From an uncultured virus (IMG/VR IMGVR_UViG_3300025646_006603) (lineage: Duplodnaviria > Heunggongvirae > Uroviricota > Caudoviricetes): a DNA stretch of 57,360 nt. Of this stretch, positions 49,075 to 57,360 are shown piece after piece. The stretch lies in IMG/VR virus record IMGVR_UViG_3300025646_006603; one strand, given 5' to 3'. Position 1 is the first letter of the stretch. Every line of letters begins with the position of its first letter. A program made the translations under genes and the position numbers. The notes under the pieces are model-generated. The model was not told the origin of the DNA and searched no databases. It saw only the letters and a list, made by a program, of their open reading frames with translations.

Positions 49075-49446
49075 ATGGGAGAATACAAAAATCATACGAG
49101 TTTTATTGAAGCTTACAATCAGTCATTGAATATTCGTAGAATGGTTAAAGGCGAATTGTTTGTTATTAACGATAGTTCAAATTTAAAAGTAAAAATAACT
49201 CACATACATCCTGATAATAACTACAATGGTACTGTTGCCAATGTTAACATTAAAGTTTCAGGTACCCTTCAAGATTATTGGAAAAACCATTTGGACGTTG
49301 CTAGTAAACGTTTTTATTCTTCAAACGCAAGAAATAAAAGAATCCGAGACAAGGTCAATAACGAAATTAAAAATTACTTAAAGTACTTTGGACTTAAAAC
49401 TTGGCAGATTGAAATTAAGAAAATTAAAGTTTGTACCGAATTATGA
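49075..49446 (+). CDS. hypothetical protein
   Basis: 123 aa, TATCTTTG box at 49044-49051. Confidence 0.7.
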   Translation: MGEYKNHTSFIEAYNQSLNIRRMVKGELFVINDSSNLKVKITHIHPDNNYNGTVANVNIKVSGTLQDYWKNHLDVASKRFYSSNARNKRIRDKVNNEIKNYLKYFGLKTWQIEIKKIKVCTEL

Positions 49447-50694
49447 ATTAAATCTTGCGACGTAATAACTAAAAAGTTGTTGGGTTAAGATTCTTATTGA
49501 ACGGTTCATTTTTTCGATGGTTGGTTCTTCACCTTTAGATTCTAAGTATTCAATGGTAAGACCGACCATCGCATTTCTTGCTTCATCCGCAGCATCCAAC
49601 AACTCTTCATACTCTTGTTCCCTATCACCATCAAATTCGATATTCTTGAATCTTACATAATTTTCAATATAATCCCTCCCACTGTACATAAACGGTGTAG
49701 ATTCAAACATATTAACAATTCCTGATTTCCTTAATTTAAGTAAAAAGTCATAAATCACTTTAGTGTAAGGGCTTAATATAGGGCTCATTTTATCGAACCT
49801 ATCAAAGGCAGAGTTTTCTTCGTTTATTTTTTCCTCGTCATCTTCAGTATTTGTTAAAGATTCAATATCCACATCATCAAAACTGGTTAGTGTTTTTGGT
49901 TGTAGTGGTGGGTCTAATAAAAATCTCTGATTAATCCAACTACGTAATTCATTTTCAACAAAGAATTCAGGTACTGGTTGGTCATCGGGCATTGAATCCG
50001 CAATTTCTGCAATATGAAAGGCGAACTTTAGCTTGTTTTCTTCATTCATTAAATTCATGAGACCATCACTGATAAAGAATATCTTACTCAATGGGTCTTC
50101 AGGATTTATATCACCTTCAGCTACTTTAAAAATATTATTAATTGTTCTTGCCCACCAAGTTTTATATGATGAAGTTTCTTTTAGTGTTGGGGCAAATAAT
50201 TTATTAGCGGCCCTTAATCCTGAACCAATAAATCCTGCAACAGCTATTTGAGGAATAAACCATGGCATTAATCTTATAAACGCTTTAAAACCACCTTCAC
50301 CTATATGAGACCATAATCTTTTACTTTTAGCACTGTTTACAATTGTTTTTAACTGACCGAATGTAATTGGACCCTGAGCACTACAAAACTTTTTGGCATC
50401 ACATATACTTTTAACTACCTGAGATGATGGTTTTACAACCTTTTCCACCTCTTCATTCATTTTTTCTAAATCATCTACTTTCATCCAAAGGTCCTCAGAG
50501 GTTAAAAGATTTAAATTCGAAGATTCTCCTTCCCATTCAACATCAACAATATGATGACCCTTTTCAAATGGGTCACGTACAATTCTCTTAATCGTACCTA
50601 TAGTACCCATAGGAACTCTTGAGAACTTATCATTCATACGAAGAAGGATTATAGTATCACCTACATTTGTGGTATTAAACTCTTTTTTGGACAT
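49441..50694 (-). CDS. multi-module hypothetical protein (DUF4314-like N-terminus)
   Basis: VGD.I.L..M.D....VP.GT.G.......V.W N-terminal module and LRKSGIVNMF C-terminal module, with MNE/INE linkers. Confidence 0.65.
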   Translation of the reverse strand: MSKKEFNTTNVGDTIILLRMNDKFSRVPMGTIGTIKRIVRDPFEKGHHIVDVEWEGESSNLNLLTSEDLWMKVDDLEKMNEEVEKVVKPSSQVVKSICDAKKFCSAQGPITFGQLKTIVNSAKSKRLWSHIGEGGFKAFIRLMPWFIPQIAVAGFIGSGLRAANKLFAPTLKETSSYKTWWARTINNIFKVAEGDINPEDPLSKIFFISDGLMNLMNEENKLKFAFHIAEIADSMPDDQPVPEFFVENELRSWINQRFLLDPPLQPKTLTSFDDVDIESLTNTEDDEEKINEENSAFDRFDKMSPILSPYTKVIYDFLLKLRKSGIVNMFESTPFMYSGRDYIENYVRFKNIEFDGDREQEYEELLDAADEARNAMVGLTIEYLESKGEEPTIEKMNRSIRILTQQLFSYYVARFNS

Positions 50695-50764
50695 TTAAAG
50701 TAATTTATGATAAATATTATGAGATATTAAATATGACACAATATATTTATTATAAAACTATTTT

Positions 50765-51394
50765 ATGAAAGTTGTAGTTAGTGAATCACAATACAAAAAA
50801 CTATTAGTTGAAGAATTTAAACAGGATATTGATTCTGCGTTAAAATCAAGTTATGAGTTTGCCAAGGATATTGTTAAAACCGCTGAACAACAACTGAAAA
50901 CAAGTTTTCAATTCTTACTTACATATGGTGCAGGTATTGGTTCACTAGCAAGACCATTATCAGATTATTTATCAGGTAAATATCCTTCATTAACCACAGA
51001 AGAAATTGCAGGTTTGGTGGTAATGGCACTATCAATAGCATATTTCCAATACAAAGGTGAAATGAAAAAACCTTTAGAAATGTTAAAACTTCAAGGTAAA
51101 TTAGAAGAATTAAAAGATGCAATTGAAAAAACAAAATCTATTGAAAGTAGATTTACAAAAATATTAAATCAGCTCGGTATCTACATTTATAGTGTATTAG
51201 ATATACCCGCTTATACTTTTTTACTTCCGGTAATTCCTTTTATTATTTCTTTCATATCAAACCCGTCAATGTCGGGTGACAATTTAGAAATGGCATTAAA
51301 TGGACTTTTAAATTCTTCTTTAATCACCTTATCAGGTGCAACACTTAAAAAGGTCTTAGAAAAATTGTCTTCTTACGTTAAGACAAAAAATTAA
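50765..51394 (+). CDS. membrane protein with leader (MKVVVSESQYKKLLVEE)
   Basis: Several hydrophobic helices and TATTTATT at 50744-50751. Confidence 0.7.
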   Translation: MKVVVSESQYKKLLVEEFKQDIDSALKSSYEFAKDIVKTAEQQLKTSFQFLLTYGAGIGSLARPLSDYLSGKYPSLTTEEIAGLVVMALSIAYFQYKGEMKKPLEMLKLQGKLEELKDAIEKTKSIESRFTKILNQLGIYIYSVLDIPAYTFLLPVIPFIISFISNPSMSGDNLEMALNGLLNSSLITLSGATLKKVLEKLSSYVKTKN

Positions 51395-51704
51395 AATCTT
51401 TATCCACAATATAATATCTTACACCGATAGCATAATATAAGAAAGTCGCTTTCTTTAATTCTAACTGTCTACCAATTTGTTTTGATTTTTCAACATCTCC
51501 ATTTAATATACCAACAATTTTAGTTCCTGGTGGTGATAGGTTAGATGGGTGAGTATTGATTACTGGAGTTATAGGTTTGTTTGCATCTAAAATTCGTGTA
51601 ATCAGTTGTGCTTTAGAACCTCCATGATTGATACGAAAATCCTTACAAATATTTTTTAACTGAACAAGATGTAATGTTTTTAAATACTCTTTTGTTATCT
51701 CCAT
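51378..51704 (-). CDS. SAP-domain protein
   Basis: LKTLHLVQLKNICKDFRINHGGSKAQLITRIL matches the SAP pattern. The start at 51704 follows a minus-strand TATCTTTG at 51709-51716. Confidence 0.65.
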   Translation of the reverse strand: MEITKEYLKTLHLVQLKNICKDFRINHGGSKAQLITRILDANKPITPVINTHPSNLSPPGTKIVGILNGDVEKSKQIGRQLELKKATFLYYAIGVRYYIVDKDFNFLS

Positions 51705-51956
51705 TTTACAAAGATACAAAAATTTATTTAATAACAAACTCAATCATTTTTTCTATCTTCTTCCCAGTCGTAAAACATAGAAGAATCATAATAAACTTTT
51801 GGTTTCTTTTCGGACTTAATAAGTCCCATAGAGCGAAGGCAATTTACAAGGTTTTTGAACATAAAAATTAGGAGAATATCTATTAATTAAATAGTATAAA
51901 AAACCTATTTGTCTATGTTGTTAGGGTAAAAAAATTAAAATTAACGATAAATTAAT

Positions 51957-52361
51957 TTACTCTTCTGAAAATACGTTGAAATAGTTACTAATTTCACATT
52001 TTAAAATGTGATTGTTATCATAACTAAGTTTATAAATAAGACCCATCATATCACTACTTTCGTAATATTCTTCCTCAGTTCTTTTTACTAATATACCATC
52101 AGAATTAAAGGTATAACCCATTAGTGTGTCATATGTTTTTTTAGCAAAATTTGATAACTCATCTGCAATATCACTTAACTCAGGTGAACCCGTTTCTGTT
52201 GAAATTAATATAGTGAATACAACCTCACCTGGTCTATCTTCTTTTGGTGGCTCGGCAGTATAATGAGTTAACTCAACGGTCATGGCTTTTCCAACTTGCA
52301 TGTCTGTAATGTATGCCAATGACTTAACTGACCTTTCTATGTTTTCTTCAAACTTACTCAT
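51957..52361 (-). CDS. hypothetical protein
   Basis: 134 aa, overlaps the upstream gene's stop. Confidence 0.7.
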   Translation of the reverse strand: MSKFEENIERSVKSLAYITDMQVGKAMTVELTHYTAEPPKEDRPGEVVFTILISTETGSPELSDIADELSNFAKKTYDTLMGYTFNSDGILVKRTEEEYYESSDMMGLIYKLSYDNNHILKCEISNYFNVFSEE

Positions 52362-53268
52362 TGTAATATTCGTTATATTTTTTAGTTAAAAATTGTGTTA
52401 ATTCTTCAATATCTCCATCAGGTAATTGATGTAATGGTTTGTTTCTATGAAACCAATTTCTAATAACACTTTCTACTGGCTCGTTTCTTAATTTAACCAA
52501 TCTTCTAAAACCCCTAATCTCAGCAGGAATCTCATGTGGTTGCATATAGTAAGTTTTATCCGTTGGTACTGGCTCATCGTCCAATCTTATTTCATCAGGA
52601 CTTCTATATCCAGCATCTTGCATGACGTGCTCAACCTCGTGACGTAAAGTTTCATTTAAATCACCAATAATATCATACATACTACCAGGATAAAAATTAG
52701 GGTTAAGTTTTAACTCCATTTCAATAATGTCACCATCATCAACTGTTCTACCGTCCAACAAATATTCTTGTTCCATAGTAGGGTCCCACTCAACATCGAA
52801 CTCAATACTAAAAGATGGTAATCCTTCAAAGTAATATTCCATTTCCTCACCACCTAAATCTTCAGGTAGAAAGAATGTATCATTCATCTTTGTTTTGATG
52901 AAATCTGTCATATGTCTCACAACCGTTCTTATTGGTAAGTCGGTTTTACTTTTTTCGGTGATTAAAGATTCATTTAAATTGTTATTCTTATTACCACATT
53001 TGTGACAATCATAAGTGTCATCACCACCTTCAGATACTTTCCATTCCCAACCACACTTATTACACTTAACAACACCGTTTTTCACACTTTCATTAATTGA
53101 CATACATAATTCTTTACTAACTTCTTCAGGGTTTTCATCCTCATAAAAACCAACTTTAATTCTCATATAGTTTTTGTGAGCTAACTTAAGTGCATATAAA
53201 TCCTTACCTGTACAATCAGATAATAAATCTTCAACTTGTGTAAAGTAATCTTCAAATTCTGCACTCAT
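52354..53268 (-). CDS. protein with a zinc ribbon and an HExxH metallopeptidase-like domain
   Basis: CNKCG...CHKCG, then LRHEVEHVMQD...YY..PHEIPA. Confidence 0.65.
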   Translation of the reverse strand: MSAEFEDYFTQVEDLLSDCTGKDLYALKLAHKNYMRIKVGFYEDENPEEVSKELCMSINESVKNGVVKCNKCGWEWKVSEGGDDTYDCHKCGNKNNNLNESLITEKSKTDLPIRTVVRHMTDFIKTKMNDTFFLPEDLGGEEMEYYFEGLPSFSIEFDVEWDPTMEQEYLLDGRTVDDGDIIEMELKLNPNFYPGSMYDIIGDLNETLRHEVEHVMQDAGYRSPDEIRLDDEPVPTDKTYYMQPHEIPAEIRGFRRLVKLRNEPVESVIRNWFHRNKPLHQLPDGDIEELTQFLTKKYNEYYNE

Positions 53269-53298
53269 ACCCTATAAATAGTTCTTAATATAAATATA

Positions 53299-53745
53299 TT
53301 AATACCTATTTAACCAAAATGGGATAGAAACACCAAAACCAAAATTTGTTGTGTTAGAGAATTCAATTAATAAAGAAAAATCCAAAGCTCGATTATCTCT
53401 TGTCAATAATTTAATAGGGTGTAATACAACCACAGCATGTGGAATGAATGTTTTATCACCAGTTATACTATCAGTCAATATTTTAGCACCCCCACCAATA
53501 TTAATACCGTTTTTAAATAACGCCATGTTAATACCAAAACGATTTACAAACGGATAAGGTTCTGTGAATACGGTAACATATTCTTGTTTAAGTGTTGTGC
53601 CCACATAAAACCCACCATACCCATACATCTCATCAGTAGATGCCAGTATTACACCCTCAGCAGGTATATAACTTACAGATGAAGATTGTGAATATCCCTT
53701 AACAAAATTCAAAAGTAAAATAAGTAGGAAAGTTGTTCGTTTCAT
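53299..53745 (-). CDS. secreted protein, possible outer-membrane beta-barrel
   Basis: Signal MKRTTFLLILLLNFVKGYS|Q, alternating amphipathic strands and C-terminal FGFGVSIPF. Confidence 0.55.
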   Translation of the reverse strand: MKRTTFLLILLLNFVKGYSQSSSVSYIPAEGVILASTDEMYGYGGFYVGTTLKQEYVTVFTEPYPFVNRFGINMALFKNGINIGGGAKILTDSITGDKTFIPHAVVVLHPIKLLTRDNRALDFSLLIEFSNTTNFGFGVSIPFWLNRY

Positions 53746-53797
53746 GTTTATTGCATATCTTTGTAACAAAAGTAGGAAATTTTTATTATAAAGACAA

Positions 53798-54250
53798 ATG
53801 AGAACAAAGAAAGAAATATTCAAAGACATTCTAAAGGTAAAAGGAGATACCGCACTTTTGGATGCCAAATATATTGGTGTGTCGGCTGATGATATTATTG
53901 ATTGTTATCACGAGTTGAATATTAGTTCACCTATTAACCTTATTGAAAATACGTGGTTAAAGAATTGGTACACTAATGGTAAACCCACAAATCCTCATGG
54001 ATGGGGTAATGGATATGTTCGCATTTGTGAAGGTCATCCATTTTACGGAAAAGAATACGATGAAATTCCCGTTGATGTTCATGGTGGGTTAACTTATTCT
54101 GCCCTTACTGTAGACGATGGAAAATTTTTCACTAAAGGGTTTTGGATTGGTTTTGACACCGCACATCATAGTGATACTTTACTTAAATGGCCCAAAGATG
54201 CGGTATATGAAGAAACTCTTTATTTATTTAAACAGATTTATTCAGTTTAG
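53798..54250 (+). CDS. conserved phage hypothetical protein
   Basis: GWGNGYV....GHP.YG..YD....DVHGGLTYS....WIGFDTAH. Confidence 0.75.
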   Translation: MRTKKEIFKDILKVKGDTALLDAKYIGVSADDIIDCYHELNISSPINLIENTWLKNWYTNGKPTNPHGWGNGYVRICEGHPFYGKEYDEIPVDVHGGLTYSALTVDDGKFFTKGFWIGFDTAHHSDTLLKWPKDAVYEETLYLFKQIYSV

Positions 54251-54301
54251 GTCTTTTCATTTCCCTATGATTTTAATATACTTTTGTTAAAGTCATCAAA
54301 A

Positions 54302-54925
54302 ATGAAATGGAAATCTTTATTAGTATTGTTATTGGTCTGTTTATCTTCGACCATATCCAAAGCACAGACATGGGGAGAATGGATTCAGGTACCGGTTGAT
54401 ACCATCAAAACCGACATCTTTAAAGTTATTTATTATGAGGATTATGAACAACCTTTAGAGTTGTGGTATACGGTAAAGTGTCCAATGGGGGATGCATCTC
54501 GTTCAGGTATGGATTTCTACACCGTTCCTGGTATTCGTACATCAAATAATGCCGACTATGAAAATAATGTTTGGGATAAAGGTCATTTAGCCCCCGCAGG
54601 TGCATTTGCGTGTGATAAAGAAACACTCAAAAAAACATTTTCATATTTAAATTGTGCACTTCAACACGAAGGACTAAATCGAGGTCCTTGGAAGGAACTT
54701 GAAGAGTTTGAAAGGGGGTTAGCAAAAATTACAGACAGAGTAGATGTACATATAATTGTTTGTTTTGATGAGGAACCTAAAAAAGTGCCAGGTGGTGCAG
54801 TAATACCATCAGGGTTTACTAAAGAAATAACCTTTAACGGAACTACACTCACTTTTAGTTTTCCTAATAAAGACGTAAGTGGTCAAGATTGGGGTACTTT
54901 CTTAATTCTAACCGAATATGACTAA
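54302..54925 (+). CDS. secreted DNA/RNA non-specific endonuclease (NucA/EndA-type)
   Basis: Signal peptide, DKGHLAPA active-site motif, TFSYLNCALQHEGLNRGPWKELE. Confidence 0.88.
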   Translation: MKWKSLLVLLLVCLSSTISKAQTWGEWIQVPVDTIKTDIFKVIYYEDYEQPLELWYTVKCPMGDASRSGMDFYTVPGIRTSNNADYENNVWDKGHLAPAGAFACDKETLKKTFSYLNCALQHEGLNRGPWKELEEFERGLAKITDRVDVHIIVCFDEEPKKVPGGAVIPSGFTKEITFNGTTLTFSFPNKDVSGQDWGTFLILTEYD

Positions 54926-55322
54926 AGAATCTATGGAGTTATTAAACACTCACCCAATTAAAAAATCAGATTTAGGATTTCATGGTAATTTGTTTGGTGG
55001 GAAACTACTTGCATGGTTGGATTCAAGTGCTGCGGCATATGCTATGCAGGTGTGTGACACACCAAGAATGGTTACTGTAAAAATAGATGAATGTAATTTT
55101 ACAAAACCAGCTAAGGAAGGACAACTTTTAAAGATATATGGTGGTGTTGCTGAAATAGGTAATACATCAATAACTCTTTACATGGAGGCACGTTCACATA
55201 ATGTTTATAATGGAAAACAAAATGTTATTCTAAACACTAAAATAAAATTTGTAAGAATCGATGAGATGGGAGACCCCGTACCTATTTCAGAGAGAGTTAA
55301 AATTAAATACGGGACCAATTAA
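54918..55322 (+). CDS. acyl-CoA thioesterase (hot-dog fold, YciA-like)
   Basis: DLGFHGNLFGGKLLAWLD..AA, VTVKID...F.KP, GNTSI and FVRIDE.G.P.PI. Confidence 0.88.
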   Translation: MTKESMELLNTHPIKKSDLGFHGNLFGGKLLAWLDSSAAAYAMQVCDTPRMVTVKIDECNFTKPAKEGQLLKIYGGVAEIGNTSITLYMEARSHNVYNGKQNVILNTKIKFVRIDEMGDPVPISERVKIKYGTN

Positions 55323-55333
55323 AAAAAAGAAAA

Positions 55334-55762
55334 ATGGCAGTAAAACAAGGAGACCAAGTAAAAGTTCACTACATCGGAACATTAAATGATGGAAATGAGT
55401 TTGATAACTCATATAAACGAGGAGACACATTAGAATTCACTGCAGGTAGTGGTCAAATGATTAAAGGATTTGATGATGCTGTTATGGGTATGGAAATCGG
55501 TGATAAAAAAACTGTTAATATTCCATCTTCAGATGCGTATGGTGAACACGACCCAAATGGTTTGGTTGCCGTATCTAAAGAAAACTTCCCTGAGAATTTT
55601 GACGTAACTCCTGGTGAGATGATTCAAGGTAGAAGTGAAAGTGGTCAACCTATGAACGCATTGGTTGTTGAGATAAATGAAAATGACGTAATCTTAGATT
55701 TGAACCATCCATTGGCAGGTCAAGATTTAAATTTTGAAATTGAATTAGTAGAAATAGTTTAA
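55334..55762 (+). CDS. FKBP-type peptidyl-prolyl isomerase with IF domain (SlyD/SlpA-like)
   Basis: VKVHYIGTL.DG.EFD.S, G.GQMIKGFD.A..GM, AYG and DLNHPLAGQDLNFEIEL. Confidence 0.93.
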   Translation: MAVKQGDQVKVHYIGTLNDGNEFDNSYKRGDTLEFTAGSGQMIKGFDDAVMGMEIGDKKTVNIPSSDAYGEHDPNGLVAVSKENFPENFDVTPGEMIQGRSESGQPMNALVVEINENDVILDLNHPLAGQDLNFEIELVEIV

Positions 55763-55764
55763 TT

Positions 55765-56214
55765 ATGATATATTGGTTTACAGGACAACCTGGTCACGGA
55801 AAAACAGTTCTTTGTAATCACCTCAAAGAATACTTGGAGAAGAACCACGAAGGTCCATTAATGCACATTGATGGTGATGATTTAAGAGATATTTTTAAAA
55901 ACAAAGATTATTCAAAAGAAGGTCGTATTAAAAACATTACTTTCGCACAAGGATTAGCTAAATTTTTAAATAATAAAGGTTTTACCGTTTTGGTATCACT
56001 TGTGGCACCTTACAGAGATGTAAGAGAATCTTTTAAAGAAGATATGGGTGACCAAATGAAAGAACTTTATGTTCACACAACTGATGTACGTGAAAGAGAC
56101 CACTTCCACGTTCAGGATTATGAAGCACCAGTTGATAATTTTGTCGATGTTGACACTACAGAAGATTCTCCTGAAGCTTCTTTGGTTTACATTATCAATG
56201 AATTAGGTTTATGA
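55765..56214 (+). CDS. cysC: adenylyl-sulfate kinase-like protein
   Basis: WFTGQPGHGKT, IDGDDLR, DYSKEGRIKN, VSLVAPYR..R and YEAP. Confidence 0.8.
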   Translation: MIYWFTGQPGHGKTVLCNHLKEYLEKNHEGPLMHIDGDDLRDIFKNKDYSKEGRIKNITFAQGLAKFLNNKGFTVLVSLVAPYRDVRESFKEDMGDQMKELYVHTTDVRERDHFHVQDYEAPVDNFVDVDTTEDSPEASLVYIINELGL

Positions 56215-56582
56215 GTGAGAAAAAGTCCACAATATTCTGTGATATAGACGGAACTATTTTCAAATACCGAAAATTCGAAACCTATACCACTTCTGAGGCT
56301 GAAGTACTTCCAATGTCAAGGGAAAAAATGGTAGAGTGGAAGGAACAGGGACATATGATTGTTTTAACAACAGCACGTCCTGAATATCTACGTGAACATA
56401 CCATTTTAGAATTGACAAAAAATCAAATTCCTTATGATAGATTGATTATGGAAATTGAAAGAGGTCCGAGATTTTTAATTAATGATATGGACCCTGAAAA
56501 AGAAGGATTAAGAGCCATGGGTGTTAACCTAATTAGAAATGAAGGTATGGAAAACATAAACTGGGACGAATATAAAATGTAA
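56211..56582 (+). CDS. small HAD-family phosphatase
   Basis: CDIDGTI motif I, TTARP motif II, YD.L.M and INDM. Confidence 0.8.
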   Translation: MSEKKSTIFCDIDGTIFKYRKFETYTTSEAEVLPMSREKMVEWKEQGHMIVLTTARPEYLREHTILELTKNQIPYDRLIMEIERGPRFLINDMDPEKEGLRAMGVNLIRNEGMENINWDEYKM

Positions 56583-56583
56583 T

Positions 56584-56976
56584 ATGGAAAATTGGAGTAA
56601 AATAACACACGTAAAATCATCACTTGAACCTCGTGATGGACAGTATGCAATGTTTGTTGGAAGATGGCAACCTCTTCATAAAGGTCACCAAGAACTTTTC
56701 AAACAAGCTATGGATGAGGGTAAAAATGTTCTTATCTGTATCAGAGACGGACAACCAAATGAAAAAAATCCATTTACAGCACAAGAAGTTAGAGAAAACA
56801 TTATGAACCATTATTCTGAGGAAGTTGAATCGGGTAAAGTTCAAGTAATGGTAATCCCTGATATTTGTTCTGTAGAATTTGGTCGTGGTGTTGGTTATGA
56901 TATTATCGAAAGAATCCCACCAACAGAGATTGGTGAAATATCAGCAACCAAGATTAGACAAGAAATGGGTTTGTAA
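56584..56976 (+). CDS. cytidylyltransferase-family (HxGH) nucleotidyltransferase
   Basis: FVGRWQPLHKGH, NPF and ISATKIR motifs. Confidence 0.85.
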   Translation: MENWSKITHVKSSLEPRDGQYAMFVGRWQPLHKGHQELFKQAMDEGKNVLICIRDGQPNEKNPFTAQEVRENIMNHYSEEVESGKVQVMVIPDICSVEFGRGVGYDIIERIPPTEIGEISATKIRQEMGL

Positions 56977-56996
56977 TAGTATTACACTCAGGGGTT

Positions 56997-57030
56997 AAAA
57001 AGGTCAATATTTTCATATTGACCTTTTTTT
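56997..57030 (+). terminator. intrinsic terminator
   Basis: AAAAAGGTCAATAT-TTTC-ATATTGACCTTTTTTT. Confidence 0.85.
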
Positions 57031-57081
57031 ATTCAAAATAATTAATTACTTTTGTTCTACAACAATTAAGATAAAAGTGTC

Positions 57082-57360
57082 ATGGGAACAAATTTTTACA
57101 GAATTCCGAAATCCAAAGAAGTGATGGAGCGTCATCAAAAGCTCCACAATAGGATTCAACGACTAGATTGGTTTGATGTTGGACAATTAAGTTGTGATTT
57201 TCGAACCATTGAAAACCCTGAAGATGAGTGGAGTCCACTTAATCCTTGGGACGAGTTTATGGATAATATGCAAATTCATCTTGGAAAACGAAGTATGGGT
57301 TGGAAGTTCTGTTGGAATTTTCATGACAACAAATACTACTCTAATAAAAAAGAACTTTTG
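57082..57360 (+). CDS. phage hypothetical protein, partial (MGTNFY...IHLGKRSMGWKF)
   Basis: Open to the window end, preceded by TACTTTTG at 57047-57054. Confidence 0.7.
   Translation, partial: MGTNFYRIPKSKEVMERHQKLHNRIQRLDWFDVGQLSCDFRTIENPEDEWSPLNPWDEFMDNMQIHLGKRSMGWKFCWNFHDNKYYSNKKELL

Noticed and set aside
51674..51871. Plus-strand 65-aa ORF and the 51750-51950 gap as a gene or RNA
   Set aside because: It overlaps the SAP gene start and promoter. No convincing leader, motif or stable structure was seen.
1..57360. Stop-codon reassignment, as in some large phages
   Set aside because: Core genes are full length in the standard code, and TAG and TGA end genes at sensible positions (for example 99, 847, 54250).

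Overview
An AT-rich, densely coding segment of a large T4-like dsDNA phage genome in the standard genetic code. The host is most likely Bacteroidota, based on TAnnTTTG -7 promoter boxes, A-rich leaders mostly lacking Shine-Dalgarno sequences, a Bacteroidota-type bS21 and a DUF4494-like gene. The minus strand carries the head module: terminase large subunit, portal, prohead protease, scaffold and major capsid protein. A ribosomal protein bS21 gene sits inside that module on the opposite strand. Also present are a gp55-like late sigma factor, a gp5-like baseplate spike, PhoH, glycosyltransferases and sugar-pathway enzymes, an amidase endolysin, tRNA-Leu(UAA) and a tmRNA. A translation and proteostasis set includes an N-terminally truncated ClpC, a tandem-UVR protein, an M20/M28 peptidase, an FKBP and an AsnRS-like catalytic domain. 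The most notable unexplained signals are: (1) about a dozen unrelated proteins sharing short N-terminal leaders ending in [LI]xE, suggesting a capsid-targeted, protease-processed cargo system; (2) a sense-strand TATTTAT(A/T) motif before late genes, the reverse complement of the T4 late promoter; (3) an unannotated ~146-nt structured RNA upstream of a tmRNA with an atypical tag; (4) a sigma54-like promoter with TGACA-N3-TGACA repeats between the UVR gene and clpC. All family calls come from motif recognition by eye; no database searches were run.
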